A DNA stretch of 64,000 nt from Octopus sinensis (taxonomy: Eukaryota), in the NCBI RefSeq assembly GCF_006345805.1, contig NC_043003.1, forward strand, positions 62,434,001 through 62,498,000, read 5' to 3'. This document shows, in pieces, positions 12,430 through 25,949 of the stretch (positions are counted from its first letter, which is position 1; each line of letters opens with the position of its first letter). The notes beneath the pieces were generated by a model. It worked only from the letters and a program-made list of their open reading frames with translations, ran no database searches and had not been told where the DNA came from. A program made the position numbers and the translations under genes.

Positions 12430-12724
12430 CTAAATTCTGTTTTTAAATTACCTGTTTTGAGAATTGTTTCAGCACGTTGTGTTTATTATTTTAGTAATTT
12501 TGACTTTAAGAGTCCCTCCTAGCATGAGGCATCTATGTATAATAGTGCCCTCTATATAATACATACATACATATATACATACACACATATATACATACAT
12601 ACATACATACATATATACATACATACATACATACACACACACTCACACACATATATATCAATAATAATATGACAACAAAAGAATGAATGACACCTCGATA
12701 TTATGTAAAATAGAGGAATTTATC

Positions 12725-12863
12725 TATAAATATAATATGTGAAAATTAGTTGATTGTCATAATAAAACTCAAAGTTTCAGATGCCAGAGCAGACTTCAGC
12801 TCCGGCATCCAAAACTCTGAGTTTTATTATGATAACCAATTAATTGTCACATTATATTTATAC
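12725..12863. mobile_element. Short palindrome (about 65-bp arms, 8-nt loop) with hammerhead remnants; probable Penelope-like terminus
   Basis: Arms are 12725-12790 and 12799-12863. Each arm carries a (G/A)AAAC-TC/TT-T-GAGT-T stem III-like motif. The minus strand also has CTGAAG in the loop. Confidence 0.6.
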
Positions 12864-12922
<59 letters not shown>

Positions 12923-13598
12923 TATATATAATATATTACATATATATATATATATTATATATATATATATAAAACCATCCCATAAAATTACTCTGGAAGA
13001 TGGGAATAATAAGCAGTAGACAGAATAAATAGCATAGGAGCTTTTTATGAGCACACTCAAAAATATTTCACATAAAGAACTTAAAGGATACACACACACA
13101 CATATATATGCAAGAGGATGCCCAAAAGTAACTGGAAACACTGTAAAGAGGCTGGCTGGAAGGGCATCTGCCTGTAGAAACCATGCCAAAACAGACAACT
13201 GGAATCTGGTACAGCTCCCCTGTTGGCCAGCTTTTATCAAACCATCCAACCCATGCCAGCAACTTATGGATAACAGTCCTTTAACACTGCTGCTGCTGAC
13301 ACACACACACGCACACACTCAGACATGCACACAGGTACCCGATCCAATATAAACTATAAATCCAACCTTGGGGTGGTTTCAAGTGTAGTATTTGTGTAAA
13401 AGAACTCAAGTGGAGTGTAACAGTTTACAACAGCTATGTAGTTAGAAAGTTGGTCAGCTTAAATTCTCTACCTACTTATCTGACTGCTTGTTTTAAAATC
13501 ACCCAATGATGGTAGATTTTTGTCATGATGTTCTCAAATCTGCATCAATAAAATGCTGCTGAAACAACTGTCGTGCATTTTTAAACTCCTCTTGTCTT

Positions 13599-13633
<35 letters not shown>

Positions 13634-14329
13634 ACAGAGAGTGAGAGAGATAGAGAGAGAAGCAGACAGAGAGATAGTGATAAAGCACTAAAATATTTAA
13701 TATCCACCTATTAGTCTATTTCATGCATACAATTTTGTGAGCTTGCATATATTAGGATTGCTGTTTCCTGTAATTTTACAATTTTGTACTTTGTATGACT
13801 TTATTTTTTATACTTCCTATTCATGCATTGGTGTATGTTTCTACACACAGTCATACATTCATGCATATATGTACACATTTGTTCATATGTTTGTGCATAC
13901 ACGTACATTTGTATGAACATAGATACATTTGTATGCATCTTCATGCACACTTACACATGTATATGTGATTGAGCAGGTATGTATGAATATGTATATTCAC
14001 ATACATAAATTTGACCCTAAAGGACATGTAAGCATGTGTACTTATATTCATGAATATATGTATGTGCATGTGCACAGGAGTGAATGTATAGATTATTTTA
14101 GTATCCAATTACGAATCTGTAAGTTTATATATACAAATGTTTGTATGTATGTGTAAGGGTTTCTGTTTGTATTTTTGTACATGTGTATATGTTTGTATGC
14201 ATGTATATGCACTGACAGGTATGCATACATGTGTACACTTGTGTATGGGCATGTGTATACATGTGTTTGTACATGCGTGTGAATGCAAACACACAGCTAC
14301 TCTACAAGAACTAATTACCAACAAGCTCA

Positions 14330-15065
14330 AAGGAAAAAACAAGAAATATCAGGCTCAGAATTAGCTGTGAAAATTCCATGGTGATGCAGGTTAATGATAC
14401 AACCCAATCCTCCCTCTTCACTGGAGACAAGGTTGTGAAAAATATGGACAACATCTAACAGCTTGGCAGTGAAGTCAGTAAGAATGGAAGCATATAAAGT
14501 TATTTGAACAACAGTATTGGCCAAGTAAGAGCCATATTCCTGTACATGATCCAAATTCTTTCAAAAACAATCATCAGCAGCAATGGAAGAGTTTATAGAA
14601 CAATTATTATGTCAACAGATCTGTATAACAGTGAAACATAGAAAATGAAAGAACAATTGGCTAAGAAGGTGTACACATTTCACTTATAATGCATAAGGAA
14701 GGACCTCAAAGTCACCCAGAGAGACAGAATTACAAATGAAGACACTCTTTTCCAAGCAAGTCCCCAAGTGCTATAAAGCATTTTAGTCATGCATTGGTTT
14801 TATCTAGCAGGTCATATTTTGCATCTGACAGCCACTCAGTGTACAAACATCCGAACAGTCTGGTCATTGAAGAAAGAATATGGAAGAATGGGTTAGCTTT
14901 AGAAAACTTGGTGCTGAATATTCTTGGAGAACCTCAAATTCATGAGGATCAAGAGGACATGAACAGAGGAGACTGCAACAGACCAGTCACACTGACAGAT
15001 GCCTACTGTCTTGGGCATCTAATAAAGCATGAACCCATACAAGCATGGAAAATAGGTATCAAATG
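14330..15065 (+). mobile_element. Heavily decayed RTE-like LINE ORF2 3' part
   Basis: Patchy RTE-like motifs (IWKNGLAL..LGEP..R..RP..TLTD) ending in a (GAT)n-like tail. Confidence 0.45.
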
Positions 15066-16083
15066 ATGATAATGATGATGATAACAGTGATTGGATGTGT
15101 GTGTTTGTGTCTTCTTGTCTTGACATCGGACAACAGTTGTAAATGAGCATCACCTTCATTCATTTTCAATCTTGCATGGAAACATGACATTACTTTGCTT
15201 GGAAATAGGTGAGGTTTAGTAACAGGAAGAGTGTCCAGCCATAAAAAAATGTGTCTCAGTGAATCCTGTCCAAGCATGGGAAAGTGGGTTTCAAAGTAAT
15301 GGTAATGATGATGATGATAAAAGCATCTATGCTGGTGCTACATAAAATGCACCTGTGCTGGTACCGTGTAAAAAGCACCCAGTACATTCTGTTGAGTGAC
15401 TGGCATTAAGAAGGGCATCTAGCTGTAGAAACCTTACTAAAACTGACATTTCGCGCCTGGTGCAGCTCCCCAGCTTGTTAGCTCTTGTCAAACCATCCAG
15501 CCCATGCCAGAATGGAAAATGGATGTTAAATGATGATGATGGTGACAACAATAATATTCTCCTTAGCAGTAGATGCCATAATTCACCCTAATAAATTGCT
15601 TAACAACTCTGTGATCAGTCAGTAGAGTGCCTATATAAAAAAAAACTGCTAAAATAAGGAGCTATGCACCTTAGATAACTCATAAAAAGCTGAACCACCT
15701 AACTGTGAAGCTACGTTGTCAGCCTCAATTGACAAAAAAACCCTAAATCATACACTTGAATGTGTGAGTGCATTTTTCAGCATATAGACAAAACAAATAG
15801 TATGACATTATCAAGTCAATCCTGGCATTTCAAATAAAACAATAACGACAATTTTATTACAACTTGGTTTGCACCACATTCCATTTATAAATATTCTTCT
15901 TACTCTAAGTCAACTCCAACCTGTGATGTGCTTAGAAAAGTACTTAGAAAAGGGTATATGGGTATTATATGCATATGTGTGCAGGTTTGTATGTATATTA
16001 GTGCATGCACAAATGTTGATACACTAGTCTGAGTGCCAATGTATACATATACATGTGTATGCTAGTATGTATGTATACATCTA

Positions 16084-17338
16084 TCAGGTTGGTGCAAAAG
16101 TAATGCTTGATTTCTAGAAGAAATGTTTCAGTGCGAATTTAATCAATTTTTTAACCTCTTCTTATAGTTTTAAGACATCTCTGCGTCTAATTTGTACTAT
16201 TTTCTTTCAGATTGTCTAACTTCTGGTCATAATTCTCAGAAAATTTTACCACTATGTTTGTCCCATTTAAAGATCACATAAGAAATGTTTTACTCTACGA
16301 GTTTCATAGAGATGTTAATGCAAGTGCAGCAGCAAGATCTATTCAGAGCACTTATGGGGATGATGTAGTGAATGAAAGAAGTTGCAGGAGGTGGTTTTCC
16401 CATTTCCGAATTGGTGATTTCACTTTGAAAGAAGAGCCAAAAGAGGGTCGTCCAAAAACACTTGATTCCGAAATGTTGGAAATTCTTGTTTCAGAGAACC
16501 CTACTGTTACCACTAGGGAACTCGCAGAACAGTTAAACGTGGCCCATACAACCATGGTACGCCAGCTAAACACATTGGAAAGGTCTCAGTGGCTGGAAAA
16601 TAGGTCCCTCATGAGCTGTCTTCAGAGAATCGACAACAGTGTACTGCTTGTTGTCAATCATTGCTTTCACGACACTTTCAAGCAACATTTTTAGACAGGC
16701 TTGTTACAGGTGATGAGAAGTGGATTCTTTACCATAATGTTAAACATCGCCATTCATGGATCAGTTGAGGTTGATAGCCAGTTCAACAACTGAGAGCAGG
16801 ACTTCATCCAAAGAAGATCATGTTGAGTGTATGGTGGGATATTAAAGGAGTAATCCATTATGTACTGTTGGACAACAACCAAACAATTAATGCTAATCTT
16901 TACTGTGAGCAACTTCATCATTTGAAAACATTTCTGAGCCAAAACCAAGCATCCTTGGTTAACAGAAAGGGTGTCATCTTCCATCACAATAAAGCTCGTC
17001 CTCACACAGCTTGACTGACCAAACCTCTCTTGGAAGAACATCCTCCATATTCTCCTGACCTTGCTCCTTCCGATTACCATTTGTTCCAAGGACTACAGAA
17101 CCATTTTGATGGATTTAGGTTAACAACAAGAGAAGAGATTGAAAATAAGTTGGATTCACACTTTGGTTCTAAAAATACAGAATTTTACAAGCGAGGCATT
17201 TATAAGGTTGTTGAAAGATGGAATGAGGTCACTGAAAGTAATGGAGAGTATGTTAATGAATAAATATTTCCATAGTCATTGACTTATTCATTTTTACCTT
17301 AGATCTTTAAATCAGACATTACTTTTGCACCAACCTGA
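16084..17338 (+). mobile_element. Full-length mariner (D,D34D) DNA transposon, cecropia/Hsmar1-like TIRs, inactive
   Basis: 30-bp TIRs TCAGGTTGGTGCAAAAGTAATG(CT/TC)TGATTT (28/30 identical), TA target duplications at 16082-16083 and 17339-17340, length 1255 bp. Confidence 0.97.
16254..17263 (+). pseudogene. Mariner transposase pseudogene
   Basis: HTH region (WFSHF, GRP), VPHEL, TGDEKW, LHPKKIMLSVWW and YSPDLAPSDY motifs are present. It has a frameshift near 16575, in-frame stops, HDNARPH changed to HNKARPH, and a short deletion before HPPYSPD. Confidence 0.95.
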
Positions 17339-17899
17339 TATATATATATGTATGTATATCCATCCATCCATCCATTTATCTGTACAAACAAGCAAACAAA
17401 AAGAAGACTTCGTGAGAAGGGAAAGTTTTAACAAATGTATTAGTTTAACACTTAAAAGAATAGGAAAGAATCTTGATGTTTCAGATGCTAGTCCTTCATC
17501 AGCAAAAATAAAAGGTGAAAAGATGGTAGGAAAAATAGAAAAGAATGAGAAAAGGTGGTTGTTAAAAAAAGGTAAAAGTTAAGAGTCAGGTGGACATGTG
17601 GTTCTATATGGAGTAAGAAAGGAGGAGAGGGAAGAAGGGTGGAGCATACAGGTATTGAGGGTATTCATGTATAGAGATGGGCATAAGTGGAGGTGTGTGT
17701 GTGGTGTTTTGGAGGATGTAGGTGTATGGAGGTGTACAAGAATGTAGGTATGATCATATTGTATGCAAGAGGAAGGCATGGAGAGTAGGAGAACTTGGAG
17801 GCAGAAGTGTGAGGTGAAAGGGAAGAAGAATTTAAGAAAATAAAACATTATCTATCTACATATATGTATGTCTACTTGTATGTGAGTGTGTGTGTCTAT

Positions 17900-19320
17900 T
17901 CACCAGGAGTTAACAAGACCACAACAAAGCTTCTAAGACATGGAGAACCAGAAATGATTTAGATACTGACCTCTGTCTGTGAAAGGATATGGGAAACAGG
18001 ACAGTAGCTGAAAGTATTGACCCAACTTTTCATTATATATACTCCTTTTCAATAAGGGAAACCTGAGGCTTAGTTAAAATTACAGAATGTACAGTCTGAT
18101 CATTCCCCCAGAAAAAGTCTTCTGATGATTCTCCAATTGTTTCAAATAGTCTGAAGCAGAAAGCAGAATAAATCCTCAAATGAAATCTTGCAGGATTCAG
18201 ATAAAAAATGATTACACCAGTGCAGATATTTCACATCAGACTGTTGGTCAAGAAACATCAACAACAATGTAATCTCTAATACAAGCTCATTGACTTCAGT
18301 GAGGGGTTGCGGTGACTAATGAAGGATCCAAGTACTGTAGAACAGGTCAAAGAGTGCAGTTTTCCCCAATAACAACACTGAAGATTTCAGGACAGCAATT
18401 GGTGTTTTGTCCAAATTATCTCCTCTCCTTGTCACTTTTCAGCATCATAAAAAATTTCATACAGAATACGCTACATGACTACCATACAGCCATATCTATT
18501 GAAAAACAACTGCTTTGCAATCTGTTTTGCCGATGAAGGCAGTGTACCAAGACTTTTGGAACTAACCAGTAGACTGGAAGAGAGTGCCTTGAGTGAAAGG
18601 AATAAAGGTCAGTTCAGAAAAGATTCTGATCAATAGCCATAACCACAATGCAGCAACCAACCTGAATGGATGTAAACATGTAAAAATGGACAACTTTTAC
18701 CCTTTAGCATCCACATTATTCTGTCAAGTGTAATGCTTATCTATTCCCATTGATTTCGTCATGCACTATCTTGTAGCTTTGAGATTTCAATGACATGATT
18801 GTTTATTTTTAGAATAATATTGTAGGGTATGTGGGAGAGGCCACATCTGGTCAAGTAAGACCAGGCCTGGTCTCATCTATTCTGATGAAGTTGAACACCA
18901 TACGGTAAAATAGTCCCATAAGGTTTTCTACAAAGCTCAACCAGTATAAGTCTCTGTGACCTTGATGTTTTTGTATGGCTGTATATGCTGGACACTCACA
19001 GCTGTCACAGAACAGAGAGTCAAGGCATTGGAGCATAAATGCTTCGGAAGGCTGTTACACATCTCATACACAATGCATAAGACACACAGCTTTGTCAGAC
19101 AGCAAGATGCTACCTTTACTGTCAAGCTGGAACCACTCCTTACCACAGTGAAATAATAAAAGCTTGCCTTGAAGACATGTATCCTAACATGATCCCTAAT
19201 TAAAACCATCCTCCAGAGCACAGTTGTTGTAGGCCAAAGTAGGCAAAGAATAACATTATCTGAGGGCATGAAAGTTGGGGTAGACCTCAGTGTGTGATGG
19301 AAGATGAGTACCAGTAATTA
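17900..19320 (+). mobile_element. Decayed RTE/BovB-like LINE, interrupted by a MITE fragment at about 18697-18855
   Basis: FLYGCICWTLTAVTEQRVKALEHKCFGRLLHISY matches the RTE LYGxExWTL...R..AFExxCxRRLLxISY motif; NEGSK upstream. Confidence 0.7.
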
Positions 19321-20309
19321 CAGCTGGCTGTCAGAGGCTCTATATTTAATGTGACACCTACAATCAATTGCACCAGCCAAAGGAAAAGAAGCAGATATAT
19401 TTATACACACATGCACATATGCTCTTTCATGCTGAAATAGATAATAACTGTGCTTCAAGTGAGAAAATATGAGATGGTTCATAAATGTACCGATTATTAA
19501 TAAAATGTATTTCTCTGTAAGATGAATAACATTTTTATTATTAGTAATGTCATAAAGTACTATATAAGTAATACATACTTGTGTGTGTATGTGTGTGAAT
19601 ATAGAATGTGTATATATGGGTCTATGTGTATATATATATATATGCATAAGTGTGTGTGTGTAAGTATGTATATACACATACACACATATATGTGTGTGTG
19701 TAAGTGTATGTATACACACATATACATATATGTGTATACATACTTACACACATACACATACACAAATACACACACATATACATATATATACGTGTGTGTG
19801 TATAAAGGTAGACATTTTTAAAACAAAGTTTTTACTACAAATAATTTAGATATAAGATCAATTGTTATATTGATATATGTTCAATTGCTGTGTTCTTTTA
19901 TTGATACTGGGATATCACTAATGATAAAACCATCCAGTGTCAGAAAAACTAGAGGTCAAGCACACATTATTTCGGATACGCTTATAATCAAAGAAATGTC
20001 CCTACCATAGTATGTGTATTTGGTTAGAAATAAAAATATAAAAATAAAAGATTAGAAGTAAAAGGAATGTGTTAAAAATAGGCAAAGGCTCAGACAAAGC
20101 TGTGAACAAGAAGTTCACTTTGTAACTCTATGGTTCTAGGATCAATCTCACTCTACTGCACTCAAGACAAATGTATTCAGTTGGCTAAGATTCTGTTAAT
20201 GAAGTTTACAGTTTCCATATACTAAATTCTTTTACAAGGTATTGGTCAGTACAAGGCTACAGGAGAAGATACTTACCTAAGATGCCATTCTGTAATATAG
20301 AACTCAAGA

Positions 20310-20460
20310 TAAGGCAGTGAGTTGGCAGAAACATTAACACGCCGGGTGAAATGCTTAGCGGTACTTCGTCTGTCTTTATGTTCTAAGTTAAAATTCCGCC
20401 GAGCTCAACTTTGCCTCGCTCCTCAAAAATTTCAGGCCTTGTGCCTAGAGTAGAAAAGAA
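20310..20460 (+). mobile_element. Family A SINE (other + copies at about 22757-22975, 26765-26985, 32315-32585, 34963-35132, 43955-44170, 56592-56810; a - copy at 61405-61625)
   Basis: gagctggcagaa head, gttc(t/a)aa B-box-like motif, gactttgcctttcatccttt core, aaatttcaggccttgtgcc tail. Confidence 0.8.
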
Positions 20461-20589
20461 CATAGATGCTTTATAGGTGCAGAACCAATGGTCCTCTATG
20501 ACCGGCCATAACTTTTAAAAAATATATTACGGCTCTAATGCTTTAGAGTATACTTCTTATTCAGATATATGAGCAACTGACGCCGTATC

Positions 20590-20620
<31 letters not shown>

Positions 20621-20927
20621 TCTTTTTTCCTTTTTTCTTTTATTGGATTTGTTTCAGTCATTTGACTGTGGCCATGCTGGAGCACTGCCTTTAATCGAGA
20701 AGTTCACTTTAGTACCTTTAATTTGAATGACTCATTCCTGTGGACTTGAAATTAATCTTCCCTAATAATTATAATAATAATAATAATAATAATAATATAT
20801 ATATATATATTACATACATGCACACACAAACACACAGAGCATTTTATATGCACACCACTTTTGTAATGTTAGATCCCAAAGTGCATCATATAAAACTATG
20901 AATAATGGCATATAAATATTGGATTAA

Positions 20928-21148
20928 TCCTTTAGCATTCAGATTACTCTGTCAAATGTAAATTTTTATTTATTCACGTTGTTTTGAATTAATCATGTAT
21001 TATCTTGTTTCTTTGAGATTTCAATGATGAGATTGTTTAGTTTTAGAATACCATTGTAGGATAGGTGTGCAAGGTCAGATCTGGCCAGTTTAAACATAAA
21101 GTGAGTAGAAAACTTTAGCCATATTTAGTCAGGTTAAATGCTAAAAGG
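20928..21148. mobile_element. piggyBac-type MITE, family 1
   Basis: TTAA on both sides; termini tcctttagcatt / aatgctaaaagg. Other copies at 52875-53096 and (partial) about 18697-18855. Confidence 0.8.
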
Positions 21149-21795
21149 TTAAAGAACCCTTTTGGTTTGAAAAAGGTGAAGGCTGCCCATGTATCTGCCA
21201 TTTTCACTTCTGGAGTGATTTAATTTTACCTAACTCTGAAGTACACTGTCTTAATACTCTGCATTTTTAAAGGGTTTTTTACAAGTGAAAAACCACAGCT
21301 TGTGGTATTTAAACAACACATGTATGTTAGCATGTGATATTGTTATGTTTACATTATGGAGCTATTGCATGATTTCAGTTTATTCTACTTAGGTGATGCA
21401 ATCATAGATCAGCAAATAGTTTATATATTATCTGTATATATTCAGACTAGTGATTCTGATTTCATTTTGGATGTGCGATGAGTGCATGACATTGATAAAC
21501 CACAATTATGGTGAAACAGTGTATCTGCTGCTCTTATCTAAACTTCTTGAGTTATTTTGTTTCTCCTAGCTCTGAAGTATACTGTGTTTTTTCTTTTCTT
21601 TTTTTTTTTCTTTTTCTCCAACATTATGTCTTTCAAGGGATTTTCCTAGGAAAAAAAAATTTCAGCTTCTAGTGTTTAAATGGTACATGTACATAAAGTA
21701 TCTAGTATTGGTCACACACACACACTCACACATGCACGCGCACACACACACACACACATACACACACACACACATATATATATTTATACACAGTG

Positions 21796-22130
21796 AAGGT
21801 GCATGGCTCAGTGATTAGAGTGTCGAGCTTACAATCATGAGATTGTGAGTTCGATTCCTGGACCAGGCTGCATGTTGTGTTCTTGAGCAAGACACTTTAT
21901 TTCACATTGCTTCTGTTAGCTCAGCTGTAGAAATGGGTTGCGACATCACTAGTGCCAAGCTGTATCGGCCTTTGCCTTTCCCTTGGATAACATCAGTGGT
22001 GTGGAGAGGGGAGGTTGGTATACATGGGCAACTGCTGGCCTTCCATAAATAACCTTGCCTGGACTTGTGCCTCGAAGGGTAACTTTCTTGGTGCAATCCC
22101 ATGGTCATTCATGACCAAAGGGGTTTCCTC
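21796..22130 (+). mobile_element. tRNA-derived SINE, family B (related head at about 1403-1715)
   Basis: A box tggctcagtgatt and B box gttcgattcc, then tgtgttcttgagcaagacactttat, a conserved-domain-type core. Confidence 0.85.
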
Positions 22131-24893
22131 TTATTTATACACACACACATATATATATACACATACATACATACATACACACACATACATACACACCTAT
22201 ATACTCGTGTGTGTAAAGCCCTCTCTTGCCTACATTATATTGATTCTATTGTGGCTCAGATCTCAGTTATGTCTCCTGACTTGTACATTATTGACTTTTG
22301 CATTAATTTTATTTTAATATTGCGTGCTCCTTTAGTCACCTTGAATGTTTCTTATACTGGTATTCCCTACCTGGCAAACCGGCCAGAATACTGATTTTTA
22401 GAGGCAATTTAAGATGTTTGTGCATGTATAATAGCAGCTCCAACTCAGATGTTACTTTTGCATATGTCACACATGTTCTTTGTAGATGGTTACTGATTAA
22501 TCAGGCCTGAAAAATTTTGTTATTCTGGAAAGAAATTGTAGATTTTAGATTGGAATATTTCTTATTCCAAATACAGTACAATATTTTATTATGATCCTTT
22601 AAATTTAGAATTCAACCCCCAACTGAGCTCAGTTTTGTTTTTCATTCTACTGAGATGAATAGCATAAAGGTACCAGTCAAATAATGAAGTGTTTTAATCA
22701 ACTATACCTTACCCAAATATTTGTTTGATATTAGAAATCAATATTATATGTGGGTGTTGAGGTAGCAAGCTGGTAGAATTGTTAGCACGCTGGACAAAGT
22801 GCTTTGCAACATTTCATCTGACTCTACATTCTGAATACAAATCTAGTTGGGGCTGACTTTACTCTTCATCATTTTGGAGTCAATAAAATAAGTATCAGGT
22901 GAATACTGGGCTCAATGTCATTAATTTATCCCTTTCCCTAAAGTTACAAGCCTTGTACCAAAATTTGTAACCAATATTACATTTGTGTGTCCAACATCAA
23001 TATAGTAAGGCTGTTATAGCAGATTTGGGGGTTTGGTTTTTATGTATTCTTTGGCAGGGAGAATGTAGTATGGTAAGATTGGTTCTTTAGTATGTGTAGT
23101 CATTGTATTTTGATGTTGAAGGAGATTAAATTAAAAGATACTTGCAAAATCTGTGCTTGTGGATTCAGTGCAAGTAGAGTGTCTAGTTTACATGCTGTGG
23201 ATGCATGTGTGATTAAGGGCAAAATCTTGTTTAATCTATGTTGGAGGAATGTACAGTATTAGAAAAGCTATTGAAAGCCAATACTGCACAAATCGAAAAG
23301 TATAGGAAAATATAACTGAAACCCAGACTATACCAGAAGTGATAGACTGTTGGTCAGAGAAGGTCTTATTGACATAAACTGTTTCAGAGCAGTCTGACAA
23401 GTAACTGTTAATTGAAGAGATAATAAATGGATAGAAACGTCTGATTCAAGAGATAATAATAGGTTGCCCATTGATCTAGTTCTATAGAAATTATATTACT
23501 TATCACAGAGGTGGGAAAAGACTTGAGTTAATAAAAGCTTGTTTATGGCTGCCTTCATCACCTTTGAGTAGTTAGAAGTTATTGCATTTGATAGTTGGAA
23601 GCGTTAGTGAGGTGAGGGAAAATTAGATGCAAGTTTCTGTAAGTTAAAGTTGACCATAGAGAGATAAAAAGAGAAGAGAATGTTATGGGTAAAAGCTAGC
23701 TTATAAGTGTCCTGTTTTAGAGTATTTGAGAGAACTCCTTTAGGACCAGAGAACTTATTGTGTTTAGAGTTACTGGAAAATGTTTCAAACTTAGCAACCA
23801 TGTGAATATAGATTCTGAAAAGTTAGTACAAAGATTTTTGAAAGGCAATTGAGATCTTAAAAAGTCACCAGAATATCCATCAGTAACTTGGATGCCAAAA
23901 GAACCCAGAGGTTGTGTAATGGACAAACATATTCTCAGATTTCCTGATGTTTATCTTGTAGCTGTTGTGATGGTAAATAAATGTTTCTCAGTTAGTAACT
24001 GTGGGTGGCTTCATTAGATGTTGCTAACAAATGTATTTATATACTCATGTTTGTGTCTGCATATATTTATGTACACTTGTATATTTATACACACATCATA
24101 TTTCTCAGGAACAAACACATACACATGCACAATTGATTTTTATGTTATTTCCATTTTGATTCTTCTATCAATTTACATGCAATCAAATTTACATACAAAC
24201 AAATTGAATTTTTAAAATGGGGGAATTTGTTTTGAAATATTAGAAAAGAGACATAAAAGTTTAATTTTCATTTTATCATTTTGAAACATTCATTTTTCAG
24301 CAGACAATCATGATCTTATTTCATAACCATATTCTTCAATTAGACCTAAACAAGGTATACACATTGTAACACCTCATAGTGATGATTGTGGTTGATAATG
24401 CTTGTTTTTTTAAATCCTTCACTAAATATTCTGAAACAAATTTGTTTATATTTTCATATTATTAATGGAGATTTTAGCTTTGATCTTTTATTTTCACATA
24501 TCATTTCCTTGCTTTTATTTCCTATCATATATAATGAAAATTTCTGTTTTTGATATTATACTTCAGCAAATGTAAACCTTTTAATACTTTCATTTACTTT
24601 ATTGCTTGTTTAGCTATGTTTGTCTCTTTTAAATTTATAATACAAAATATAAGTCTGAGATAGGAAAGCTAATAAATTCTACACTTGTCTTATTTCAATT
24701 TATATTAAATTTATATACTTTTTACTTCCAACTTAATATTTTGCCTTATAAAATTAACTTAAAAATAGAAGTATTAAAATAATGATATTCAACTTCTAAT
24801 CAACATTGCAAATCTGTAAGGGAATAATCATTTCTAATCATTTTAATATTACTGACATTTTATTTATTAATTTTTTGTATTACTACTTTACAG

Positions 24894-24970
24894 TGTTTAT
24901 CATCTGAAGTGGAGTCTTTAGCTGTACCTACTCTTAAATGGCTAGGACTTTTCCCAAGTGATATCAAAAG
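24894..24970 (+). CDS. SPO11: Internal coding exon of meiotic recombination protein SPO11 (Topo VI-A homolog), C-terminal part of the TOPRIM domain
   Basis: Acceptor ttttttgtattactactttacag, branch-like ACTGAC at 24851-24856, donor AG|gtaaca. The 77-nt exon (phase 0 to phase 2) translates as CLSSEVESLAVPTLKWLGLFPSDIK(R). This matches the human SPO11 segment SMSFEAHHLTVPAIRWLGLLPSDLKR, which I recall is also a 77-nt exon. Confidence 0.9.
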
Positions 24971-25949
24971 GTAACATTTATCTTCTTATCCTTTTGACAT
25001 TATCTCACATTAAATTACCTGAAGAAGTCTGTTTCGCCTACATAAACAAATGTGTTCCATAATCACTATTAATCCTCAGTTTATAATGCAATAGTGGAGA
25101 AGAATTACAAAGAAAACATTTCTGAATAAGAAATTGCACTTTTTGTGCATCTGTTACAGTTGGTTAATAGTTTGATAGAATACAATACAGTCTATTGCTA
25201 TAAAAATTAATTATACAATATAAGAAAATCAAAAGCAATTTACAAATTGTTAGTAAGAACTGTTGATATGGGAGAAAATAAAAACCTAGTGATGATAAAT
25301 ATATTTGTATTTCTTAAACCAACCAAATACAATGAAACTAACTATGATATGCTTGCTCAGATGCAAAGATAAGGAAGCAAGATATCATTAATTCTCTATG
25401 GACAAAGAGTATTTTCAATTATTGTTTTAACAAGCAATAACCTTACCCCCAGATAACCTTTATGGAGAAGTGGATGAAAATAGGATGTAAGATGTAAACA
25501 TAAAAGATTTATATGCAAAAATTGTTTCTAACATTTACTATACATTTACATTCACCATTAATAATACAAGATGATGGGAGTTTGCTTGGTATAATAATAA
25601 AAAAGAAATTCTGTAGCTGTTACTAGGCTAAGCAGAAAAAACTTTTAGCCTTAAGTGTTGATGTTTATAACGAGATTCTCAGTCTTATTTAGAAACAAAT
25701 ACCTCATTTGAATATCAAATGTTAGCAGACATACTATTAAAATAAAATTGCATTACTCTAAATCATCATCATTTTCCTCAGCAGCCATTGCAGACATTTA
25801 TCTGGCTAGCTTCAGTCTATGAGTTTGATACTCTTTCATGGAAAGCAAATACCTGTTGTATATCTATTCAACTGAGGTATGCTTGCTTTCAACAAAGAGA
25901 TATATTAAGACAGTAAAATATTTTATAATAGGTACTATTAACTTGTGAC

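Larger units (their letters stand above)
11789..12561. mobile_element. Large foldback with 340-bp arms (11789-12128 and 12222-12561) and a 93-bp spacer; probable Penelope-like pLTR derivative
   Basis: The arms are reverse complements (ends tattatatagag / ctctatataata) and each contains a hammerhead motif. Type I hammerheads in pseudo-LTRs and inverted pLTRs are established features of Penelope-like elements. Confidence 0.75.

Noticed and set aside
21796-21870. tRNA gene
   Set aside because: A and B boxes are present but no complete cloverleaf, and it continues into a SINE body.
22990-23950. Possible decayed retroelement coding region
   Set aside because: Composition suggests old coding sequence, but I could not read any diagnostic motif.
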